From Eledone cirrhosa (Eukaryota): a stretch of 64,000 nucleotides of DNA. The notes below the pieces were generated by a model. The model saw nothing but the letters and a program-made list of their open reading frames with translations. It made no database searches and had not been told where the DNA came from. Below are positions 11,794 through 27,128 of the stretch, one piece after another. Positions within the stretch are counted from its first letter, which is position 1, and each line of letters opens with the position of its first letter. The stretch covers positions 1,984,001-2,048,000 of the forward strand of contig OZ024740.1 of the NCBI GenBank assembly GCA_964016885.1, written 5' to 3'. Position numbers and translations under genes: made by a program.

Positions 11794-11926
11794 CAAAACC
11801 AAAGTGAAAGCCCTCGTTGGTAGCTGGGTACAGGCCTTGTATGCTGTCGATGTAAGCACTTATGAACAGTTTTCGAAAGCTCAAAAATTTGACTCATCAG
11901 CTGACAACCCTACAGTTTTATCTAGG
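11794..11926 (+). CDS. OSBPL1A: Oxysterol-binding protein-related (ORP1/ORP2 subfamily) exon A
   Basis: ttttgcag acceptor and AGG|gtaagg donor. KTKVKALVGSWVQALYAVD resembles vertebrate ORP1 KKKLCALYGKWTECLYSVD (recalled). Phase 0 exit joins exon B. Confidence 0.8.
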
Positions 11927-12244
11927 GTAAGGTTTGGCATTGGAAGTGTAGTTGTAGCATTTTGACCACTCTCTTCTACTTCCCATAGAATGCACAGAAA
12001 CCTTCAGTAAACTCTTTGTTTTCTCTGTTTCCCAGCTGATTGTCTTAGTGGGTTGGTTCCCAAACCTTTTCACTACCAAAGACCCCATTTATTTAAATGG
12101 TTTTTCCCACAGACCTGATATTTTTGAAAGGTCTTATTCAATGAGCCAATTTTCCTAACTAACCACAAACTCATTTTCTCAATTCGTCTCTCAACTGAAA
12201 GATATTGGTAACAGAATATTCAGTTAACTAAGTGGCAGCTTTAA

Positions 12245-12477
12245 CTCTTTAGTGACCAACCCAGCCAAAGCTGGTTCTGGTCTTATGAAATAAAACCACT
12301 CATTTTGAAAGGTTTCCTATTTAAATTAAAATCTTCCAACATAATTTTATATAAGAACCTGGCATTAAATTACTATCTTAGTAATGAGATAATTAATAAT
12401 TTTAGTAAATCACTCAAAAATATTCATTAATTAATTAAAATAGAGTGTATTTCATTAGAAATGTGGGCAGGAAAGGG
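12245..12477. mobile_element. piggyBac-type MITE
   Basis: TTAA on both sides, C(T/C)CTTT...AAAGGG termini; inverted related copy at 47359-47582. Confidence 0.75.
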
Positions 12478-12662
12478 TTAAAAAAAAACCCAAAATATTG
12501 TTTGTTTAATGGGAGGACAGATGTTGCTTTGTTGATATTATGTTCCAACGGCAGATGGTGGTAAACATAGATCAGACCATTCCTGTAGATTTGGAAAGTA
12601 TATTTTTATCAGCTTTATCATGAGAACTTATACACTGCAACTCCTCGAAATTTTAAATTTAG

Positions 12663-15600
12663 CTCCCACTACTACCTTAGTGACACCAATGTTACCTCCC
12701 AGACTCCCACTTTTACCTTAGTGACACCAATGTTACCTCCCAGACTCCCACTACTACCTTAGTGACACCAATGTTACCTCCCAGACTCCCACTCCTACCT
12801 TAGTGACACCAATGTTATCTCCCAGACTCCCACTCCTACCTTAGTGACACCAATGTTACCTCCCAGACTCCCACTCCTACCTTAGTGACACCAATGTTAC
12901 CTCCCAGACTCCCACTCCTACCTTAGTGACACCAATGTTACCTCCCAGACTCCCACTACTACCTTAGTGACACCAATGTTACCTCCCAGACTCCCACTCC
13001 TACCTTAGTGACACCAATGTTACCTCCCAGACTCCCACTTCTACCTTAGTGACACCAATGTTACCTCCCAGACTCCCACTCCTACCTTAGTGACACCAAT
13101 GTTACCTCCCAGACTCCCACTCCTACCTTAGTGACACCAATGTTACCTCCCAGACTCCCACTTCTACCTTAGTGACACCAATGTTACCTCCCAGACTCCC
13201 ACTTCTACCTTAGTGACACCAATGTTACCTCCCAGACTCCCACTTCTACCTTAGTGACACCAATGTTACCTCCCAGACTCCCACTTCTACCTTAGTGACA
13301 CCAATGTTACCTCCCAGACTCCCACTCCTACCTTAGTGACACCAATGTTACCTCCCAGACTCCCACTCCTACCTTAGTGACACCAATGTTACCTCCCAGA
13401 CTCCCACTCCTACCTTAGTGACACCAATGTTACCTCCCAGACTCCCACTCCTACCTTAGTGACACCAATGTTACCTCCCAGACTCCCACTCCTACCTTAG
13501 TGACACCAATGTTACCTCCCAGACTCCCACTTCTACCTTAGTGACACCAATGTTACCTCCCAGACTCCCACTTCTACCTTAGTGACACCAATGTTACCTC
13601 CCAGACTCCCACTTCTACCTTAGTGACACCAATGTTACCTCCCAGACTCCCACTTCTACCTTAGTGACACCAATGTTACCTCCCAGACTCCCACTCCTAC
13701 CTTAGTGACACCAATGTTACCTCCCAGACTCCCACTCCTACCTTAGTGACACCAATGTTACCTCCCAGACTCCCACTTCTACCTTAGTGACACCAATGTT
13801 ACCTCCCAGACTCCCACTTCTACCTTAGTGACACCAATGTTACCTCCCAGACTCCCACTCCTACCTTAGTGACACCAATGTTACCTCCCAGACTCCCACT
13901 TCTACCTTAGTGACACCAATGTTACCTCCCAGACTCCCACTTCTACCTTAGTGACACCAATGTTACCTCCCAGACTCCCACTCCTACCTTAGTGACACCA
14001 ATGTTACCTCCCAGACTCCCACTTCTACCTTAGTGACACCAATGTTACCTCCCAGACTCCCACTCCTACCTTAGTGACACCAATGTTACCTCCCAGACTC
14101 CCACTCCTACCTTAGTGACACCAATGTTACCTCCCAGACTCCCACTTCTACCTTAGTGACACCAATGTTACCTCCCAGACTCCCACTTCTACCTTAGTGA
14201 CACCAATGTTACCTCCCAGACTCCCACTCCTACCTTAGTGACACCAATGTTACCTCCCAGACTCCCACTTCTACCTTAGTGACACCAATGTTATCTCCCA
14301 GACTCCCACTCCTACCTTAGTGACACCAATGTTACCTCCCAGACTCCCACTTCTACCTTAGTGACACCAATGTTACCTCCCAGACTCCCACTTTTACCTT
14401 AGTGACACCAATGTTACCTCCCAGACTCCCACTCCTACCTTAGTGACACCAATGTTACCTCCCAGACTCCCACCTTACCTTAGTGACACCAATGTTACCT
14501 CCCAGACTCCCACTTTTACCTTAGTGACACCAATGTTACCTCCCAGACTCCCACTTCTACCTTAGTGACACCAATGTTACCTCCCAGACTCCCACTCCTA
14601 CCTTAGTGACACCAATGTTATCTCCCAGACTCCCACTTCTACCTTAGTGACACCAATGTTACCTCCCAGACTCCCACTCCTACCTTAGTGACACCAATGT
14701 TACCTCCCAGACTCCCACTCCTACCTTAGTGACACCAATGTTACCTCCCAGACTCCCACTTCTACCTTAGTGACACCAATGTTACCTCCCAGACTCCCAC
14801 TTTTACCTTAGTGACACTGTTACCTCCCAGACTCCCACTCCTACCTTAGTGACACCAATGTTACCTCCCAGACTCCCACTTCTACCTTAGTGACACCAAT
14901 GTTACCTCCCAGACTCCCACTCCTACCTTAGTGACACCAATGTTACCTCCCAGACTCTCACTCCTACCTTAGTGACACCAATGTTACCTCCCAGACTCCC
15001 ACTCCTACCTTAGTGACACCAATGTTACCTCCCAGACTCCCACTCCTACCTTAGTGACACCAATGTTACCTCCCAGACTCCCACTCCTACCTTAGTGACA
15101 CCAATGTTACCTCCCAGACTCCCACTCCTACCTTAGTGACACCAATGTTACCTCCCAGACTCCCACTCCTACCTTAGTGACACCAATGTTACCTCCCAGA
15201 CTCCCACTCCTACCTTAGTGACACCAATGTTATCTCCCAGACTCCCACTCCTACCTTAGTGACACCAATGTTACCTCCCAGACTCCCACTACTACCTTAG
15301 TGACACCAATGTTACCTCCCAGACTCCCACTTTTACCTTAGTGACACCAATGTTACCTCCCAGACTCCCACTTCTACCTTAGTGACACCAATGTTACCTC
15401 CCAGACTCCCACTACTACCTTAGTGACACCAATGTTACCTCCCAGACTCCCACTCCTACCTTAGTGACACCAATGTTACCTCCCAGACTCCCACTACTAC
15501 CTTAGTGACACCAATGTTACCTCCCAGACTCCCACTTCTACCTTAGTGACACCAATGTTACCTCCCAGACTCCCACTCCTACCTTAGTGACACCAATGTT

Positions 15601-18600
15601 ACCTCCCAGACTCCCACTACTACCTTAGTGACACCAATGTTACCTCCCAGACTCCCACTTCTACCTTAGTGACACCAATGTTACCTCCCAGACTCCCACT
15701 CCTACCTTAGTGACACCAATGTTACCTCCCAGACTCCCACTCCTACCTTAGTGACACCAATGTTACCTCCCAGACTCCCACTACTACCTTAGTGACACCA
15801 ATGTTACCTCCCAGACTCCCACTTTTACCTTAGTGACACTAATGTTACCTCCCAGACTCCCACTTTTACCTTAGTGACACCAATGTTACCTCCCAGACTC
15901 CCACTCCTACCTTAGTGACACCAATGTTACCTCCCAGACTCCCACTTTTACCTTAGTGACACTAATGTTACCTCCCAGACTCCCACTTTTACCTTAGTGA
16001 CACCAATGTTACCTCCCAGACTCCCACTCCTACCTTAGTGACACCAATGTTACCTCCCAGACTCCCACTACTACCTTAGTGACACCAATGTTACCTCCCA
16101 GACTCCCACTACTACCTTAGTGACACCAATGTTACCTCCCAGACTCCCACTACTACCTTAGTGACACCAATGTTACCTCCTGAACTCCCACTTCTCCCTT
16201 AGTGACACCAATGTTACCTCCCAGACTCCCACTCCTACCTTAGTGACACCAATGTTACCTCCCAGACTCCCACTCCTACCTTAGTGACACCAATGTTACC
16301 TCCCAGACTCCCACTCCTACCTTAGTGACACCAATGTTACCTCCCAGACTCCCACTACTACCTTAGTGACACCAATGTTACCTCCCAGACTCCCACTTTT
16401 ACCTTAGTGACACTAATGTTACCTCCCAGACTCCCACTTTTACCTTAGTGACACCAATGTTACCTCCCAGACTCCCACTCCTACCTTAGTGACACCAATG
16501 TTACCTCCCAGACTCCCACCTTACCTTAGTGACACCAATGTTACCTCCCAGACTCCCACTCCTACCTTAGTGACACCAATGTTATCTCCCAGACTCCCAC
16601 TACTACCTTAGTGACACCAATGTTACCTCCCAGACTCCCACTCCTACCTTAGTGACACCAATGTTACCTCCCAGACTCCCACTCCTACCTTAGTGACACC
16701 AATGTTACCTCCCAGACTCCCACTCCTACCTTAGTGACACCAATGTTACCTCCCAGACTCCCACTACTACCTTAGTGACACCAATGTTACCTCCCAGACT
16801 CCCACTTTTACCTTAGTGACACTAATGTTACCTCCCAGACTCCCACTCCTACCTTAGTGACACCAATGTTACCTCCCAGACTCCCACTCCTACCTTAGTG
16901 ACACCAATGTTACCTCCCAGACTCCCACTCCTACCTTAGTGACACCAATGTTACCTCCCAGACTCCCACTTCTACCTTAGTGACACCAATGTTACCTCCC
17001 AGACTCCCACTCCTACCTTAGTGACACCAATGTTACCTCCCAGACTCCCACTTCTACCTTAGTGACACCAATGTTACCTCCCAGACTCCCACTTCTACCT
17101 TAGTGACACCAATGTTACCTCCCAGACTCCCACTCCTACCTTAGTGACACCAATGTTACCTCCCAGACTCCCACTTCTACCTTAGTGACACCAATGTTAC
17201 CTCCCAGACTCCCACTTCTACCTTAGTGACACCAATGTTACCTCCCAGACTCCCACTCCTACCTTAGTGACACCAATGTTACCTCCCAGACTCCCACTTC
17301 TACCTTAGTGACACCAATGTTACCTCCCAGACTCCCACTTCTACCTTAGTGACACCAATGTTACCTCCCAGACTCCCACTTCTACCTTAGTGACACCAAT
17401 GTTACCTCCCAGACTCCCACTCCTACCTTAGTGACACCAATGTTACCTCCCAGACTCCCACTTCTACCTTAGTGACACCAATGTTACCTCCCAGACTCCC
17501 ACTTCTACCTTAGTGACACCAATGTTACCTCCCAGACTCCCACTCCTACCTTAGTGACACCAATGTTACCTCCCAGACTCCCACTTCTACCTTAGTGACA
17601 CCAATGTTACCTCCCAGACTCCCACTTCTACCTTAGTGACACCAATGTTACCTCCCAGACTCCCACTTCTACCTTAGTGACACCAATGTTACCTCCCAGA
17701 CTCCCACTCCTACCTTAGTGACACCAATGTTACCTCCCAGACTCCCACTTCTACCTTAGTGACACCAATGTTACCTCCCAGACTCCCACTCCTACCTTAG
17801 TGACACCAATGTTACCTCCCAGACTCCCACTCCTACCTTAGTGACACCAATGTTACCTCCCAGACTCCCACTTCTACCTTAGTGACACCAATGTTACCTC
17901 CCAGACTCCCACTCCTACCTTAGTGACACCAATGTTACCTCCCAGACTCCCACTTCTACCTTAGTGACACCAATGTTACCTCCCAGACTCCCACTCCTAC
18001 CTTAGTGACACCAATGTTACCTCCCAGACTCCCACTTCTACCTTAGTGACACCAATGTTACCTCCCAGACTCCCACTACTACCTTAGTGACACCAATGTT
18101 ACCTCCCAGACTCCCACTCCTACCTTAGTGACACCAATGTTACCTCCCAGACTCCCACCTTACCTTAGTGACACCAATGTTACCTCCCAGACTCCCACTC
18201 CTACCTTAGTGACACCAATGTTACCTCCCAGACTCCCACTCCTACCTTAGTGACACCAATGTTACCTCCCAGACTCCCACTTCTACCTTAGTGACACCAA
18301 TGTTATCTCCCAGACTCCCACTACTACCTTAGTGACACCAATGTTATCTCCCAGACTCCCACTCCTACCTTAGTGACACCAATGTTATCTCCCAGACTCC
18401 CACTACTACCTTAGTGACACCAATGTTATCTCCCAGACTCCCACTTCTACCTTAGTGACACCAATGTTACCTCCCAGACTCCCACTTCTACCTTAGTGAC
18501 ACCAATGTTATCTCCCAGACTCCCACTCCTACATTAGTGACACCAATGTTACCTCCCAGACTCCCACTTCTACCTTAGTGACACCAATGTTACCTCCCAG

Positions 18601-21600
18601 ACTCCCACTACTACCTTAGTGACACCAATGTTACCTCCCAGACTCCCACTTCTACCTTAGTGACACCAATGTTACCTCCCAGACTCCCACTTCTACCTTA
18701 GTGACACCAATGTTACCTCCCAGACTCCCACTACTACCTTAGTGACACCAATGTTACCTCCCAGACTCCCACTTCTACCTTAGTGACACCAATGTTACCT
18801 CCCAGACTCCCACTCCTACCTTAGTGACACCAATGTTACCTCCCAGACTCCCACTACTACCTTAGTGACACCAATGTTACCTCCCAGACTCCCACTTCTA
18901 CCTTAGTGACACCAATGTTACCTCCCAGACTCCCACTTCTACCTTAGTGACACCAATGTTACCTCCCAGACTCCCACTACTACCTTAGTGACACCAATGT
19001 TACCTCCCAGACTCCCACTTCTACCTTAGTGACACCAATGTTACCTCCCAGACTCCCACTACTACCTTAGTGACACCAATGTTACCTCCCAGACTCCCAC
19101 TTCTACCTTAGTGACACCAATGTTACCTCCCAGACTCCCACTCCTACCTTAGTGACACCAATGTTACCTCCCAGACTCCCACTACTACCTTAGTGACACC
19201 AATGTTACCTCCCAGACTCCCACTTCTACCTTAGTGACACCAATGTTACCTCCCAGACTCCCACTTCTACCTTAGTGACACCAATGTTACCTCCCAGACT
19301 CCCACTCCTACCTTAGTGACACCAATGTTACCTCCCAGACTCCCACTCCTACCTTAGTGACACCAATGTTACCTCCCAGACTCCCACTTCTACCTTAGTG
19401 ACACCAATGTTATCTCCCAGACTCCCACTCCTACCTTAGTGACACCAATGTTACCTCCCAGACTCCCACTTCTACCTTAGTGACACCAATGTTACCTCCC
19501 AGACTCCCACTCCTACCTTAGTGACACCAATGTTACCTCCCAGACTCCCACTCCTACCTTAGTGACACCAATGTTACCTCCCAGACTCCCACTTCTACCT
19601 TAGTGACACCAATGTTATCTCCCAGACTCCCACTCCTACCTTAGTGACACCAATGTTACCTCCCAGACTCCCACTTCTACCTTAGTGACACCAATGTTAC
19701 CTCCCAGACTCCCACTCCTACCTTAGTGACACCAATGTTACCTCCCAGACTCCCACTCCTACCTTAGTGACACCAATGTTACCTCCCAGACTCCCACTTC
19801 TACCTTAGTGACACCAATGTTACCTCCCAGACTCCCACTTCTACCTTAGTGACACCAATGTTATCTCCCAGACTCCCACTCCTACCTTAGTGACACCAAT
19901 GTTACCTCCCAGACTCCCACTTCTACCTTAGTGACACCAATGTTACCTCCCAGACTCCCACTCCTACCTTAGTGACACCAATGTTACCTCCCAGACTCCC
20001 ACTCCTACCTTAGTGACACCAATGTTACCTCCCAGACTCCCACTACTACCTTAGTGACACCAATGTTATCTCCCAGACTCCCACTTCTACCTTAGTGACA
20101 CCAATGTTACCTCCCAGACTCCCACTACTACCTTAGTGACACCAATGTTACCTCCCAGACTCCCACTTCTACCTTAGTGACACCAATGTTACCTCCCAGA
20201 CTCCCACTTCTACCTTAGTGACACCAATGTTACCTCCCAGACTCCCACTTCTACCTTAGTGACACCAATGTTACCTCCCAGACTCCCACTTCTACCTTAG
20301 TGACACCAATGTTATCCTCCCAGACTCCCACTTCTACCTTAGTGACACCAATGTTACCTCCCAGACTCCCACTACTACCTTAGTGACACCAATGTTACCT
20401 CCCAGACTCCCACTTCTACCTTAGTGACACCAATGTTACCTCCCAGACTCCCACTTCTACCTTAGTGACACCAATGTTACCTCCCAGACTCCCACTTCTA
20501 CCTTAGTGACACCAATGTTACCTCCCAGACTCCCACTTCTACCTTAGTGACACCAATGTTATCTCCCAGACTCCCACTTCTACCTTAGTGACACCAATGT
20601 TACCTCCCAGACTCCCACTACTACCTTAGTGACACCAATGTTACCTCCCAGACTCCCACTACTACCTTAGTGACACCAATGTTACCTCCCAGACTCCCAC
20701 TTCTACCTTAGTGACACCAATGTTACCTCCCAGACTCCCACTCCTACCTTAGTGACACCAATGTTACCTCCCAGACTCCCACTCCTACCTTAGTGACACC
20801 AATGTTACCTCCCAGACTCCCACTCCTACCTTAGTGTCACCAATGTTACCTCCCAGACTCCCACTCCTACATTAGTGACACCAATGTTACCTCCCAGACT
20901 CCCACTTCTACCTTAGTGACACCAATGTTACCTCCCAGACTCCCACTCCTACATTAGTGACACCAATGTTACCTCCCAGACTCCCACTTCTACCTTAGTG
21001 ACACCAATGTTATCTCCCAGACTCCCACTCCTACCTTAGTGACACCAATGTTACCTCCCAGACTCCCACTCCTACCTTAGTGACACCAATGTTACCTCCC
21101 AGACTCCCACTACTACCTTAGTGACACCAATGTTATCTCCCAGACTCCCACTCCTACCTTAGTGTCACCAATGTTATCTCCCAGACTCCCACTACTACCT
21201 TAGTGACACCAATGTTACCTCCCAGACTCCCACCTCTACCTTAGTGACACCAATGTTACCTCCCAGACTCCCACTCCTACCTTAGTGACACCAATGTTAC
21301 CTCCCAGACTCCCACTTCTACCTTAGTGACACCAATGTTATCTCCCAGACTCCCACTACTACCTTAGTGACACCAATGTTACCTCCCAGACTCCCACTCC
21401 TACCTTAGTGACACCAATGTTATCTCCCAGACTCCCACTCCTACCTTAGTGACACCAATGTTACCTCCCAGACTCCCACTCCTACCTTAGTGACACCAAT
21501 GTTATCTCCCAGACTCCCACTACTACCTTAGTGACACCAATGTTACCTCCCAGACTCCCACTACTACCTTAGTGACACCAATGTTATCTCCCAGACTCCC

Positions 21601-24600
21601 ACTTCTACCTTAGTGACACCAATGTTATCTCCCAGACTCCCACTACTACCTTAGTGACACCAATGTTACCTCCCAGACTCCCACTCCTACCTTAGTGACA
21701 CCAATGTTATCTCCCAGACTCCCACTACTACCTTAGTGACACCAATGTTACCTCCCAGACTCCCACTCCTACCTTAGTGACACCAATGTTACCTCCCAGA
21801 CTCCCACTCCTACCTTAGTGACACCAATGTTACCTCCCAGACTCCCACTACTACCTTAGTGACACCAATGTTATCTCCCAGACTCCCACTACTACCTTAG
21901 TGACACCAATGTTATCTCCCAGACTCCCACTTCTACCTTAGTGACACCAATGTTACCTCCCAGACTCCCACTACTACCTTAGTGACACCAATGTTATCTC
22001 CCAGACTCCCACTTCTACCTTAGTGACACCAATGTTATCTCCCAGACTCCCACTCCTACCTTAGTGACACCAATGTTATCTCCCAGACTCCCACTTCTAC
22101 CTTAGTGACACCAATGTTACCTCCCAGACTCCCACTTCTACCTTAGTGACACCAATGTTATCTCCCAGACTCCCACTCCTACCTTAGTGACACCAATGTT
22201 ATCTCCCAGACTCCCACTTCTACCTTAGTGACACCAATGTTATCTCCCAGACTCCCACTTCTACCTTAGTGACACCAATGTTACCTCCCAGACTCCCACT
22301 TCTACCTTAGTGACACCAATGTTATCTCCCAGACTCCCACTACTACCTTAGTGACACCAATGTTATCTCCCAGACTCCCACTCCTACCTTAGTGACACCA
22401 ATGTTATCTCCCAGACTCCCACTTCTACCTTAGTGACACCAATGTTATCTCCCAGACTCCCACTTCTACCTTAGTGACACCAATGTTACCTCCCAGACTC
22501 CCACTTCTACCTTAGTGACACCAATGTTACCTCCCAGACTCCCACTACTACCTTAGTGACACCAATGTTATCTCCCAGACTCCCACTCCTACCTTAGTGA
22601 CACCAATGTTACCTCCCAGACTCCCACTCCTACCTTAGTGACACCAATGTTATCTCCCAGACTCCCACTCCTACCTTAGTGACACCAATGTTATCTCCCA
22701 GACTCCCACTACTACCTTAGTGACACCAATGTTACCTCCCAGACTCCCACTCCTACCTTAGTGACACCAATGTTACCTCCCAGACTCCCACTACTACCTT
22801 AGTGACACCAATGTTATCTCCCAGACTCCCACTTCTACCTTAGTGACACCAATGTTACCTCCCAGACTCCCACTACTACCTTAGTGACACCAATGTTACC
22901 TCCCAGACTCCCACTCCTACCTTAGTGACACCAATGTTACCTCCCAGACTCCCACTCCTACCTTAGTGACACCAATGTTACCTCCCAGACTCCCACTCCT
23001 ACCTTAGTGACACCAATGTTACCTCCTGAACTCCCACTCCTACCTTAGTGACACCAATGTTACCTCCCAGACTCCCACTACTACCTTAGTGACACCAATG
23101 TTACCTCCCAGACTCCCACTCCTACCTTAGTGACACCAATGTTATCTCCCAGACTCCCACCTTACCTTAGTGACACCAATGTTACCTCCCAGACTCCCAC
23201 TTCTACCTTAGTGACACCAATGTTACCTCCCAGTCTCCCACTACTACCTTAGTGACACCAATGTTACCTCCCAGACTCCCACTCCTACCTTAGTGACACC
23301 AATGTTACCTCCCAGACTCCCACTTCTACCTTAGTGACACCAATGTTACCTCCTGAACTCCCACTTCTCCCTTAGTGACACCAATGTTACCTCCCAGACT
23401 CCCACTTCTACCTTAGTGACACCAATGTTACCTCCCAGACTCCCACTACTACCTTAGTGACACCAATGTTACCTCCCAGACTCCCACTCCTACCTTAGTG
23501 ACACCAATGTTATCTCCCAGACTCCCACTACTACCTTAGTGACACCAATGTTATCTCCCAGACTCCCACTTCTACCTTAGTGACACCAATGTTATCTCCC
23601 AGACTCCCACTCCTACCTTAGTGACACCAATGTTACCTCCCAGACTCCCACTACTACCTTAGTGACACCAATGTTACCTCCCAGACTCCCACTTCTACCT
23701 TAGTGACACCAATGTTACCTCCCAGACTCCCACTTCTACCTTAGTGACACCAATGTTACCTCCCAGACTCCCACTTCTACCTTAGTGACACCAATGTTAC
23801 CTCCCAGACTCCCACTTCTACCTTAGTGACACCAATGTTACCTCCCAGACTCCCACTTCTACCTTAGTGACACCAATGTTACCTCCCAGACTCCCACTTC
23901 TACCTTAGTGACACCAATGTTACCTCCCAGACTCCCACTACTACCTTAGTGACACCAATGTTATCTCCCAGACTCCCACTTCTACCTTAGTGACACCAAT
24001 GTTATCTCCCAGACTCCCACTACTACCTTAGTGACACCAATGTTACCTCCCAGACTCCCACTCCTACCTTAGTGACACCAATGTTATCTCCCAGACTCCC
24101 ACTACTACCTTAGTGACACCAATGTTACCTCCCAGACTCCCACTCCTACCTTAGTGACACCAATGTTACCTCCCAGACTCCCACTCCTACCTTAGTGACA
24201 CCAATGTTACCTCCCAGACTCCCACTACTACCTTAGTGACACCAATGTTATCTCCCAGACTCCCACTACTACCTTAGTGACACCAATGTTATCTCCCAGA
24301 CTCCCACTTCTACCTTAGTGACACCAATGTTACCTCCCAGACTCCCACTACTACCTTAGTGACACCAATGTTATCTCCCAGACTCCCACTTCTACCTTAG
24401 TGACACCAATGTTATCTCCCAGACTCCCACTCCTACCTTAGTGACACCAATGTTATCTCCCAGACTCCCACTTCTACCTTAGTGACACCAATGTTACCTC
24501 CCAGACTCCCACTTCTACCTTAGTGACACCAATGTTATCTCCCAGACTCCCACTCCTACCTTAGTGACACCAATGTTATCTCCCAGACTCCCACTCCTAC

Positions 24601-26955
24601 CTTAGTGACACCAATGTTATCTCCCAGACTCCCACTCCTACCTTAGTGACACCAATGTTATCTCCCAGACTCCCACTTCTACCTTAGTGACACCAATGTT
24701 ATCTCCCAGACTCCCACTACTACCTTAGTGACACCAATGTTACCTCCCAGACTCCCACTTCTACCTTAGTGACACCAATGTTACCTCCCAGACTCCCACT
24801 ACTACCTTAGTGACACCAATGTTATCTCCCAGACTCCCACTCCTACCTTAGTGACACCAATGTTACCTCCCAGACTCCCACTCCTACCTTAGTGACACCA
24901 ATGTTATCTCCCAGACTCCCACTCCTACCTTAGTGACACCAATGTTATCTCCCAGACTCCCACTACTACCTTAGTGACACCAATGTTACCTCCCAGACTC
25001 CCACTCCTACCTTAGTGACACCAATGTTACCTCCCAGACTCCCACTACTACCTTAGTGACACCAATGTTATCTCCCAGACTCCCACTTCTACCTTAGTGA
25101 CACCAATGTTACCTCCCAGACTCCCACTACTACCTTAGTGACACCAATGTTACCTCCCAGACTCCCACTCCTACCTTAGTGACACCAATGTTACCTCCCA
25201 GACTCCCACTCCTACCTTAGTGACACCAATGTTACCTCCCAGACTCCCACTCCTACCTTAGTGACACCAATGTTACCTCCTGAACTCCCACTCCTACCTT
25301 AGTGACACCAATGTTACCTCCCAGACTCCCACTCCTACCTTAGTGACACCAATGTTATCTCCCAGACTCCCACTCCTACCTTAGTGACACCAATGTTATC
25401 TCCCAGACTCCCACTACTACCTTAGTGACACCAATGTTACCTCCCAGACTCCCACTCCTACCTTAGTGACACCAATGTTATCTCCCAGACTCCCACTCCT
25501 ACCTTAGTGACACCAATGTTATCTCCCAGACTCCCACTCCTACCTTAGTGACACCAATGTTACCTCCCAGACTCCCACTCCTACCTTAGTGACACCAATG
25601 TTATCTCCCAGACTCCCACTCCTACCTTAGTGACACCAATGTTATCTCCCAGACTCCCACTACTACCTTAGTGACACCAATGTTACCTCCCAGACTCCCA
25701 CTCCTACCTTAGTGACACCAATGTTACCTCCCAGACTCCCACTCCTACCTTAGTGACACCAATGTTACCTCCCAGACTCCCACTACTACCTTAGTGACAC
25801 CAATGTTACCTCCCAGACTCCCACTCCTACCTTAGTGACACCAATGTTACCTCCTGAACTCCCACTCCTACCTTAGTGACACCAATGTTACCTCCCAGAC
25901 TCCCACTACTACCTTAGTGACACCAATGTTATCTCCCAGACTCCCACTACTACCTTAGTGACACCAATGTTACCTCCCAGACTCCCACTCCTACCTTAGT
26001 GACACCAATGTTATCTCCCAGACTCCCACTACTACCTTAGTGACACCAATGTTATCTCCCAGACTCCCACTTCTACCTTAGTGACACCAATGTTACCTCC
26101 CAGACTCCCACTACTACCTTAGTGACACCAATGTTATCTCCCAGACTCCCACTTCTACCTTAGTGACACCAATGTTACCTCCCAGTCTCCCACTACTACC
26201 TTAGTGACACCAATGTTACCTCCCAGACTCCCACTCCTACCTTAGTGACACCAATGTTACCTCCCAGACTCCCACTTCTACCTTAGTGACACCAATGTTA
26301 CCTCCTGAACTCCCACTTCTCCCTTAGTGACACCAATGTTACCTCCCAGACTCCCACTTCTACCTTAGTGACACCAATGTTACCTCCCAGACTCCCACTA
26401 CTACCTTAGTGACACCAATGTTACCTCCCAGACTCCCACTCCTACCTTAGTGACACCAATGTTATCTCCCAGACTCCCACTACTACCTTAGTGACACCAA
26501 TGTTATCTCCCAGACTCCCACTTCTACCTTAGTGACACCAATGTTATCTCCCAGACTCCCACTCCTACCTTAGTGACACCAATGTTACCTCCCAGACTCC
26601 CACTACTACCTTAGTGACACCAATGTTACCTCCCAGACTCCCACTTCTACCTTAGTGACACCAATGTTACCTCCCAGACTCCCACTTCTACCTTAGTGAC
26701 ACCAATGTTACCTCCCAGACTCCCACTTCTACCTTAGTGACACCAATGTTATCTCCCAGACTCCCACTTCTACCATAGTGACACCAATGTTACCTCCCAG
26801 ACTCCCACTCCTACCTTAGTGACACCAATGTTACCTCCCAGACTCCCACTCCTACCTTAGTGACACCAATGTTACCTCCCAGACTCCCACTACTACCTTA
26901 GTGACACCAATGTTACCTTCCGAACTCCCACTTGTACCTTGGTGACACCAATGTT
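12663..26955. repeat. 41-bp minisatellite, about 350 copies (14.3 kb)
   Basis: Unit CCTTAGTGACACCAATGTTA(C/T)CTCCCAGACTCCCACT(C/T/A)CTA; period measured 12921 to 12962. Confidence 0.98.
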
Positions 26956-27031
26956 GTAATAGATTTACCCTCACTCTATCTTCACCTCTCACATGTTCCA
27001 TTTTGTCATTGGCCTCATGTATATTTTTTTA

Positions 27032-27110
27032 CATCATCATTATTATCATCACACATTCATTATTCCGTGCTAGCATGGGTTAGACAAGTTGTCCTGTTTT
27101 GAGACATGCC
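27032..27110 (-). mobile_element. RTE 3' terminus remnant (antisense)
   Basis: (CAT)n followed by TTCCGTGCTAGCATGGGTTAGACAAGTTGTCCTGTT, close to the reverse complement of the RTE end at about 54015-54048. Confidence 0.8.
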
Positions 27111-27128
27111 AGATTAGATCACCATGTC

